From: an uncultured virus (IMG/VR IMGVR_UViG_3300037156_000055)
Lineage: Duplodnaviria > Heunggongvirae > Uroviricota > Caudoviricetes
DNA: 64,000 bases
IMG/VR virus record: IMGVR_UViG_3300037156_000055
Reading direction: 5' to 3' (one strand)
Shown here: piece after piece, positions 41,082 to 48,594 of the stretch
How the letters are laid out: each line of letters starts with the position of its first letter
Position numbering within the stretch: the stretch's first letter is position 1
Position numbers and translations under genes: made by a program
The notes under the pieces: model-generated
Databases searched by the model: none
What the model saw: only the letters and a program-made list of their open reading frames with translations
What the model was told of the DNA's origin: nothing

Positions 41082-41309
41082 CTATCTATACGAGTCCGAC
41101 GGCCTTGCTGACCTATTCTGAAATTCAGTCGTCCATCGTTGCTTATTAGCTTTCATGAATCGATCTGTCGAAAGAGTATAGGTCCGAGGTTTAGGTGAAG
41201 TTAAATCACCATTGGCGAACTTCTCTCGGAAGGTCGCCATGTTCTTAGCGTCCTTCTCGGCCTTAGTGGGCTTGATGAGTCCCATCATGGCAGCTTCATC
41301 GTTGATCAC
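41082..41309 (-). CDS. hypothetical protein
   Basis: First ORF of the long leftward block. Confidence 0.5.
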   Translation of the reverse strand: MINDEAAMMGLIKPTKAEKDAKNMATFREKFANGDLTSPKPRTYTLSTDRFMKANKQRWTTEFQNRSARPSDSYR

Positions 41310-41610
41310 TTATCAGTATCTCGCTTTCAAGCGGCTGGAGGGTAAACTACCCCTTGGCATATGTATAGCTTGTCCCAGGGTCAGGAAGTAAAGGCCGTAT
41401 GGCTAGCTTTACCCCTTTATTTTTAATTTGGGGTATGATCCATGAGGGAATCTATCCTATTCCCCTGCGTCCATTCTATTAGTTACTTTGAGGGTGCTAG
41501 GCCGTAAGAGCCTCGCGCCCGCATTATTTTCTTACTTATTATTCTCTCTATGTCGTACTTACTGTACTCCATAGAGTATATATCTATATATATCATTCCT
41601 TATATGCACC

Positions 41611-41640
41611 AAAAATAAAAAGGCCCTCAAAGGGCCCTTT
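41611..41640 (-). terminator. intrinsic terminator
   Basis: GGCCCT-TTG-AGGGCC followed by TTTTTATTTTT on minus strand, at end of 41627..41980. Confidence 0.65.
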
Positions 41641-43955
41641 TGATGTCTTCTATTGCACTCTCATAGGCCGCGAAAGCGTCCCACCATTCCATCTCTTCGA
41701 GGTGCCTTAGTGATGCCATCCACCACCCCAGAATGTACTTCGCTGGCATCCCCTTCCACCATCCGACTCGGCAGTAACACTCTCTTGCGGGCTGGCATTC
41801 CCAACCCTCGGAATCGACCGTGAGTAAGACTTCGCCAACGGCGGGGGTGAACGACTTTGCCCAAGCGCGGAACTGGCTCTCTTGATCCTTGGTTTGGACG
41901 CAGGTCGGATGCCCCGCTACCCGGCCGCGTTGATAGCTTCCAGGGGGCGTAAACCCACCCATCTTTGGTAAGCGACTCACCGCTAGCCACCACCACCAGC
42001 TTTCGGCGCAGGGTACTCTACAGGCCGATTATTCTTCCAGAAGTAGACCTCTTGTATGGTTCTACCCACCCCAGACCAGCAGGGAGCCTTCAGCGGCCTG
42101 CTAGACCCCTCTACGGGCATTGTAGGAACCTCTCCAGTGAAGCAAATGTTGTGCTCAGCCCGGTACGCTTGAAGATCAGGAACGTAGTCGCACATCTGGC
42201 ACTCGCCGGGCGCATGAAGGATCGCTAAGTCCCAATGAGGATGCTTACCTAGAGTGATCAGGATATCTTCATAGTCTTGGGGCAGGCGCTTATCGTAGAA
42301 CACGTAGAGCTTCCTCGATGTCAGCTATCTGCAAACCAGCAAGCATAACTTGTTCTTCCGCTTGATTAACAACTTGAATCCACAAACATTGTTCACCTGG
42401 GCGTCGGCGACTTGGTCTTATGTAGAGTCGGGCAGTGTTACCATTATCGCTAGGCACACATGCTAAGAACGGTGTGCCATCGTCATACTCTCCGTTAGTC
42501 ATCAGTCACACTCCAACATGAGTTCGATAATTGCATCGTCTGCAATCTTGAGTAGTTCGTCGTAGTAGCCGCATTCGTCGCGGGCACCGTTAACGAAATT
42601 AAACTCGATAGCTTGCTTAACAGCATTGTATCGATCACGCAATGCGTAAGCAGTTGCTATTTCAACCATGTTGCCTTCTCATCTGGATGAATTACATTCC
42701 ATTGTGCTGCGTCATCAATTAGGTCTAAAGATTCTTCATCGTAATGGATATATGTTGGATGTGCCCGCAATATGCGATTACGTGCCTTACACACACCGCA
42801 ATGCACTACCGATGTAGCAGTTTCACTGCGGAACACATGCGCTAATGGGGTGATTAGCACATTTGGATCGAAATCGAGTTCTAAAGTCCCTCGTTCAAGT
42901 GTTTCCATTAGTAATTCGGATGCTTTGCAGTGAAAATGCTTTCAGCAATGCATTGTCCGATGTCGTAATGCTTGTTCATGAGCTTGTCAGCTTCGGCGCG
43001 AAGATTCGTAGCTTGACGTTCTAACTCGATCATTTCTTTATTCGGTGTGACCGGGATGGTTGCAATCCCGCCCTTGAAGCAGACGTTGTGACGAACGACA
43101 TCTGAACTATAGCGAGTTACCATGGTGTGTATACTCCGTCTTTGAATTGTCCAAGTGATTGTGTTACATAGAAAGCGTGGCCGGGATATTTCATTGTTAG
43201 ATCGCAGGCTCTGTCAAACGCCATATTGATATTTGGAATTCTCTTACCAATGACTTCATGCGACCATGATCGCACTTCCCAGAATGTACGTCGGGTCTTA
43301 GGCATCTGCATACTCTCTGTCAATGCGGGTAAGTCCATTTGTGTGTGAGCGGTCTGCCGCGAGACGTTGTTCGAGTCGCGCCAGCAAGACGAGCCCTTGA
43401 CGGATACGGCCAATCTCCGCTAGTTCTAAGAAACCAACGTCTACGTAGTTATTCGGATTGTTGTGCTTGACTACAAAGTCGATATGTTCGATGAGGTCTT
43501 CAGTTGTCATACGCGGCCACTAGCGAACACATAACCTCCTAGCTTTTCATAGTCTTCATTACTAAGAAACACTTTCGCAGCGCCTTTGAAGTAGACTACA
43601 ATCTCTTTCATGTTTGAGCCTTAAGGCGAGTCATGCGGCAGACCAAATCGATGTCTAATCGATCAGTAAGTTCATCTAGCAATTTATCGTATGCGACTTG
43701 ATCGTATCCATCGAGAATCTTGTACTCTTCGTCCGTAACGTCAACGAGGATGCTCGTTATAAGTTCTAGGTGTACCTTCATTCGCGGGCACCTGAGAGTG
43801 GGGTGCTTGCTCTCCCGTATGCTCTATTGAATAGTGCAGCTAGATGGAATAGGTCGGATGTATCTGCGCCGACACTAACTGCCTCACATCCGTCTGTTGC
43901 GAAGATGTCGATTACGTTATCTAGGATTTGAATTGTGATATTGTTACCGCTCATA
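41627..43955 (-). other. cluster of about 10 small coupled hypothetical ORFs (e.g. 41627-41980, 41983-42303, 42290-42502, 42657-42908, 42908-43123)
   Basis: Short ORFs with overlapping start/stop codons on minus strand. Confidence 0.6.
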
Positions 43956-44062
43956 GTGCGATAGCTTTCACGATAACTATGAGTCAAGGGGCGAGTCCTC
44001 TCTCGTGCAAGCACTCAAACAAAGAAAAGAATCTAGTTCTTTCAAACGAGTGCTGCTCAATC

Positions 44063-44091
44063 AGATTAACAGATTCGATTACATAAGTCAA
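44063..44091 (-). promoter_or_regulatory. sigma70-type leftward promoter
   Basis: TTGACT-17 nt-TAATCT with TGn extension on minus strand. Confidence 0.6.
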
Positions 44092-44779
44092 TAGCTTATT
44101 CGTAGTAAGCTTGCGAACGTGCCCTGCGTCTGAAATTCTTTGTTCGAGCGGTTCTCGCAAGAGGGTTCGCGAGTTTTTCCCCGCTTCCCCAAATTTTTAT
44201 TCGCGATGCATGTGATATAGCCGACATCGATAGATAACTATTTGGTTATATATTATCTTTTTCTTTTGGGGCTCAGAGCGTGTGACCATGTGGTGCCGCA
44301 GGAGTTAAAAAGTGACATGTAACCCTTGGAAACCCACCCCCGTATGGGTCCCGTGGCCCTCCTATTCACGAGGGAATGAGCACGATTAGCTAGCCCAGGA
44401 GATTGGCAAGTATGTATGTACGTGCCGGATGTATCTTTGCGTTGTCATTCGATGCGTCCGATTATGCAACTCAACGGACTAAACGCGCATGAAGTGAAAC
44501 GTATAACTAAACGGTTATGTATTGAGTTAACAATGGTAGGGTGCACGTTGTTACTTGCCGCGAGGTTAGCTATCAACAACTCGTAACCTAAGCACGAACC
44601 GAGTTACAATTAGACAAAACATAATTCAACCTAATTACTAATTCAATTAACTTCTAATTCAATTCAATTGCCTGTATTTGCTTACAGGCTAAGGATTATC
44701 TAATTAACAAGGTATGTCCCTGCGTCTTAGTGTTCTATTTGTCTGTATGTCCTTGGGATAGTCGGCTATGGCCCGGCAT

Positions 44780-44890
44780 CCTCAAATGCGTTTTAAGGGC
44801 TATTCCAGCCCTTCTGAGCGGCGATAGGGGTGGGCAGAGTATTATCTATGCAGGCAGGTTCGTTCCGTTCGTCCTGGGCGATTTAAGCAC
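44780..44890 (-). repeat. dispersed ~110-bp phased element
   Basis: CCCAGGACG..TAGATAATAC-N10-CCTATCGCCGCTCAGAAGGGC. Confidence 0.7.
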
Positions 44891-44912
44891 GAGAAAAAGC
44901 AAGTAAGAGGAC

Positions 44913-44943
44913 AAAATAAAGGAGCACCCTTGCGGGTGCTCCT
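44913..44943 (-). terminator. intrinsic terminator of the 3-gene leftward operon
   Basis: AGGAGCACCC-GCAA-GGGTGCTCCT followed by TTATTTT. Confidence 0.85.
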
Positions 44944-44964
44944 GTGGTATGTGAACCGAGGTTC

Positions 44965-45168
44965 CTAACTAACGTCTCGCCATTCGATTCGACCGACGTT
45001 CAAAGCATCTACGTTCGCGGTTTTCTTGAAGTACCGTTGCGCGAAAGCTTCCGCATCCTTGCGCATTGTGAACGAACGAAGGTCGCCGGTAGGCAGCATT
45101 ACCAAGAATCCGTCTTGGTCCCATTCGATTATTACCTTGCCTTGATTGAGTACGTTCGGTTTCGTCAT
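44965..45168 (-). CDS. hypothetical protein
   Basis: Last of three coupled ORFs. Confidence 0.65.
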   Translation of the reverse strand: MTKPNVLNQGKVIIEWDQDGFLVMLPTGDLRSFTMRKDAEAFAQRYFKKTANVDALNVGRIEWRDVS

Positions 45169-45169
45169 C

Positions 45170-45382
45170 TTACTTGCTGCCTTTCAGAGCGTTATCGATA
45201 GCATGATAGCTAACGGTTCTCGTCCGGTTCCCATAGCCGGGCGCGCCTAGACTTCTCACGGCCTTCTCTTGGTGTTTGGCGCAGTAAAAATTCTTAATCG
45301 TGATCACTCCGGCCCTTACTTCCTGGTAGCCCGTAGCAAGCTTTTTGCAGGAAGCGTATTGTTCGCAGGTTTGGTTTGTCAT
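45170..45382 (-). CDS. hypothetical Cys/His protein
   Basis: C-x5-C ... CAKH. Confidence 0.65.
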   Translation of the reverse strand: MTNQTCEQYASCKKLATGYQEVRAGVITIKNFYCAKHQEKAVRSLGAPGYGNRTRTVSYHAIDNALKGSK

Positions 45383-45383
45383 T

Positions 45384-45728
45384 TTACTTGTTGCCTTTCA
45401 GTAGGTGCGCGTTCATAACTTCTTCCAGAGATGCGAACATTTTGAGGGGTTCGCGTAAGTAAGCTTCCACAGGCGATTCATTCCGGTCGATAGCAGCAAA
45501 CCATTCTGCCTTGCCAGCATCGTAGGTTTTCGCGATTATCCTGCGTTCGGCTGAAGGAAGCGCGAAAAATTCGTTTAGGTATGCAGGACGAGAATCATGG
45601 GTACGTTTGCGGCATGAAACTACCGCGCGGCATGTTCCATGATTAAATCGCGAAGTGAAGTTTTCGTATCCACAATTTTTGCATTGGCCTACTTTTTTGC
45701 CAGAGAACCGGGAGGGGTAGTTTTTCAC
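45384..45728 (-). CDS. hypothetical zinc-binding protein
   Basis: GTG start with AGGAAAGG RBS; CKNC..C..C. Confidence 0.65.
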   Translation of the reverse strand: MKNYPSRFSGKKVGQCKNCGYENFTSRFNHGTCRAVVSCRKRTHDSRPAYLNEFFALPSAERRIIAKTYDAGKAEWFAAIDRNESPVEAYLREPLKMFASLEEVMNAHLLKGNK

Positions 45729-45774
45729 TTGATAACCTTTCCTAAGTAGGTGTTTGTTTCCTTGGTACGCGTGA

Positions 45775-45804
45775 AGCGTACCAAAACCGACTTAGCAAAA
45801 TCAA
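45775..45804 (-). promoter_or_regulatory. leftward promoter overlapped by an inverted repeat
   Basis: TTGATT-18 nt-TACGCT with TGn; TTGGTACGC-N5-GCGTACCAA at 45762-45784. Confidence 0.5.
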
Positions 45805-45829
45805 GCATTTAGGCTATTCTTTACAATCG

Positions 45830-45930
45830 ACAGAAAGGGCCCTAGAAGGGCCTAGAACGCGTCTTAATTGCTATGGGGTACTCTTACCCTCGGACCCCTG
45901 CTATCGTCGAACCTAGCGAAATTTAAGCAT
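45830..45930 (+). repeat. dispersed ~110-bp phased element
   Basis: AAGGGCCTAGAACG..GGGTA-CTCT-TACCC..CTATCGTCG. Confidence 0.7.
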
Positions 45931-46065
45931 TTGACGAATTATCTTTTGTGTGCTACGGGCGCGCGTTCCTTACGGCGCGAGAAAGTGAAAACGGGCCGGA
46001 TTATTAGTAAGTACGCAGGGTGAAACTATGTAAAGGCGACTTAACAAACATAGGCAAAATAACTA

Positions 46066-46094
46066 TTGCAATTCGGCACGTATAGGCGCATCAT
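46066..46094 (+). promoter_or_regulatory. rightward promoter with GC-rich discriminator
   Basis: TTGCAA-17 nt-CATCAT followed by GCGGGGG. Confidence 0.45.
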
Positions 46095-46140
46095 GCGGGG
46101 GTCGGTCGCGGCCAGACAAGCCGGGGGCACGACAAAGAAC

Positions 46141-46159
46141 GAACCTTGAAAATTGAATA
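46141..46159 (+). promoter_or_regulatory. rrn-type boxA antitermination element
   Basis: GAACCTTGAAAATTGAATA, matching the boxA form known from cyanobacterial/Firmicutes rRNA operons; preceded by a small hairpin. Confidence 0.7.
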
Positions 46160-46935
46160 TGAAACTACTAGCGCAGGAAATAGTTTAGCGCGTGCTATGT
46201 GAATAGTACGAACGAAAACCCCTCTCGTTATGGCAGAAGTCTAAAGCTCGCAAAGCTTGGCGGTTTAGGAGATGACCGGAAATTACTTGGTTCGCCAGGG
46301 AAATTCGGTACCCCAAAAATTGCTAGACAACATGGCCTAGAGAAAACTTCCAAAGGCATGAAGGCTAGAACCCTTCAATTCATCCTAGGGGATATAAGTG
46401 GGGATACGTTCGGAGGGCAAACATAGATTAGACACGAGGCAGTAAAACGTCATCGAAACACATTCCTGGTGTTCTGGTACGGATCATATTCTATAAAGCA
46501 GAATCCAAAAATGACGAGAGGGCCAAACGCCTTCTCTCGCGGTCGGAAATGTGGTATCCAATCCAATCTAATCAGCGGAACGGATGGGCATTCTCCTCGG
46601 GGGCCAAAAGAGAAAGCTAAGGCGCGAACGTAGGACCGGCGGACAGGTTCTTAGTCTAAAAGTGATTTTGCAAAAATTGTCTAGAGCTTAAAACGCTAGG
46701 GAGGACCGTATTACGCTGGCCCCTAGTATGAAGTTTAGGTGAGGACGGAAAGCTAGATTCCAGTAAGGCATATGCGGTATCATCCGGCCCCTATAAAACG
46801 TCACAGTCTACCAGACAAGTAGATGACGAACGGGCAAAGAATCGAATGATACAAGGCAGGTTTACGAAGCGGATAGGCTAGGCCAGAACAAAGAGAACTA
46901 AGGGGAGAGGGTAGCGCAAACTACCCTCTCCCTTC
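46160..46935 (+). ncRNA. large structured non-coding RNA (GOLLD/ROOL size class, family unassigned)
   Basis: No credible ORF; many nested helices (46191-98/46203-10 with GUGA loop, 46323-30/46677-84, 46405-12/46625-32, 46448-53/46511-16, 46777-83/46846-52); 12-bp closing hairpin 46903-46932. Confidence 0.7.
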
Positions 46936-46951
46936 TCTTAGTAAGAGTTTA

Positions 46952-47126
46952 AACGCAGGGGTTAATCATAAAAGGCGAAGGTCCGAAGGGCTAACGGTAA
47001 ACGGGGCGGGGGACGGGGGACACCTAAAAATGTCCTACCTAGGCAGGGAATGTAAGGAAGTAAAGCATTCGACCGCGTTAGCTAACTAGTAAACTTGATT
47101 AACTTAAAAATTCGTCACCCTGTGTT
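46952..47126 (+). ncRNA. second structured RNA domain, about 175 nt
   Basis: Nested stems 46952-60/47118-26, 46961-68/47096-103, 46990-96/47076-82. Confidence 0.5.
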
Positions 47127-47165
47127 CTTAGTAAGTTTAGAAAAGGGTTTGAGAAAGAGGGTCCT

Positions 47166-47318
47166 ATGAATTGCAATATTTGCGGCCACCGCGCAGAATA
47201 TCAGGATGACAAAAATGGAGAAGTTATTTGTGCCCCTTGCCTGGGACCGTTCCCGGCTAATCATTACTCCTTGATAGATGAACCGGAAGAAGAATGGGAC
47301 GAAGAGTTTAATGTATAA
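47166..47318 (+). CDS. 50-aa zinc-finger microprotein with acidic tail
   Basis: GAGG RBS; MNCNIC...ICAPC...DEPEEEWDEEF. Confidence 0.65.
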   Translation: MNCNICGHRAEYQDDKNGEVICAPCLGPFPANHYSLIDEPEEEWDEEFNV

Positions 47319-47400
47319 CTTCTTCTGCGGCCAAGGACACTACTCTGGTGCAGGGTTACATACATGCCCAACCTGCGGTCTACAGAAAGGGAAACCATAA
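47311..47400 (+). CDS. 29-aa zinc-ribbon microprotein
   Basis: MYNFFCGQGH...CPTCG; overlaps upstream stop. Confidence 0.55.
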   Translation: MYNFFCGQGHYSGAGLHTCPTCGLQKGKP

Positions 47401-47402
47401 AT

Positions 47403-47507
47403 ATGGGACCGGGAAAACCAATCCGTTGTCTCACCTGCAATTCTCCGAAGTATTTTGACGTTAAGAAGGGGAAGCTTTGCTGCCCCGTTTGCGAAGGGAA
47501 ACCATAA
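47403..47507 (+). CDS. 34-aa zinc-ribbon microprotein
   Basis: CLTC...CPVC. Confidence 0.6.
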   Translation: MGPGKPIRCLTCNSPKYFDVKKGKLCCPVCEGKP

Positions 47508-47593
47508 TGCTAAAGCTTCGTATGCAAAAATGGTGTTACCGTTCAATCATGGCCTATGAAGTGAAAGGTTCGCGGATTATTCGTCACACCTAA
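47507..47593 (+). CDS. 28-aa basic microprotein
   Basis: TAATG coupling to previous ORF. Confidence 0.45.
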   Translation: MLKLRMQKWCYRSIMAYEVKGSRIIRHT

Positions 47594-47865
47594 CCCTTCT
47601 CTCTCGAACCATCCTCTAAGCTTACTAACAACGTAGGAGTTATGAACCTGCGTCTACCCATTGGCGGTAGGTGTTTACCGCCCGGTCAAAACGGGGTAGG
47701 ACCGCGTAACTATCCCCTTCATTTTTGCAGGTTTGCCGGAGAGGTGCTACGTTGTGACACTAGCACTAAGCGGACACTAAAAAGGGGCGGACCCCTTACC
47801 TGCCTTTTACATACCTAAACAAAAGCCGGAATCCGGCTTTACACCCAATAGCAAGGAGCAAAATC

Positions 47866-48096
47866 ATGGCGAATTTCTGCACCCATGGGAATGACTCTTA
47901 CTCTTACGATACCTGTATACGTACCGTTGACGATAACGGCCGTATTATCCAAAACGTAACGAAGTATTCTAAGACGACAAGCAAACACCAGAACGAAGCT
48001 TTCCGGTATGATAGCAAGCTTTCACCTTCGCGCGTTGACGACGTTCCTAGAGGGGCGACCGCACAGGACCTTCGCACCTTGGCGCAGGAGGGTTAG
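47866..48096 (+). CDS. hypothetical early protein
   Basis: AAGGAG RBS; YSKTTSKHQ motif. Confidence 0.75.
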   Translation: MANFCTHGNDSYSYDTCIRTVDDNGRIIQNVTKYSKTTSKHQNEAFRYDSKLSPSRVDDVPRGATAQDLRTLAQEG

Positions 48097-48099
48097 GTT

Positions 48100-48594
48100 A
48101 TGCTCGATACTTTTACGCGCGCGTACATTGATTGTGCGTTATGGTCTACCACGCCCTTCGGAACCTGTTTCTGCGAACATTCCTTAGAGAATCATGCAGG
48201 ATTCTCTTATGATACTTCCACAGGCGGAGAATGTTCCGCCTGTGATTGTACCGAATATCAGGAGGGGGACGTATCCTTTCAGACCCTTAATTACGAAGAG
48301 GAGGACATTTCACCTGATACCCTCGCGCGTATAGCGGAGGATTGTCGGACATTCCAGGAAGAGAACCAAGGTTCTCTTTTGTACCTATACGGTACCATCG
48401 GCATGAATTACGATGCAGCATCGGCTGGACATGATTTTTGGTTAACGCGTAACGGACATGGTGCAGGATTTTGGGACCGCTATTATGGGAAGGATAAACG
48501 CATCCTGTCCGCCTTCAAGGCGTTGACGGAATCATGCCAGCATCATACATTCGACCTATACCTAGGGGATGACGGAAAGGTTTGGGGGTCATAA
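48100..48594 (+). CDS. conserved phage early protein of unknown function
   Basis: AYIDCALWS and AGHDFWLTRNGHGAGFWDR motifs. Confidence 0.75.
   Translation: MLDTFTRAYIDCALWSTTPFGTCFCEHSLENHAGFSYDTSTGGECSACDCTEYQEGDVSFQTLNYEEEDISPDTLARIAEDCRTFQEENQGSLLYLYGTIGMNYDAASAGHDFWLTRNGHGAGFWDRYYGKDKRILSAFKALTESCQHHTFDLYLGDDGKVWGS

Noticed and set aside
41583..41610. dif-like site (minus strand GGTGCATATAA-GGAATG-ATATATATAGA)
   Set aside because: XerC-like arm is good but the XerD arm matches only about 5 of 11 positions in an AT-rich tract
46199..46426. 75-aa plus-strand ORF inside the large RNA region
   Set aside because: GTG start without RBS, no recognisable protein features, overlaps dense helices
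46160..46935. Group I/II intron, tmRNA or RNase P identity for the large RNA
   Set aside because: No interrupted gene, no GUGYG/domain V, no tRNA-like ends and no RNase P GAGGAAAGUCC motif recognised
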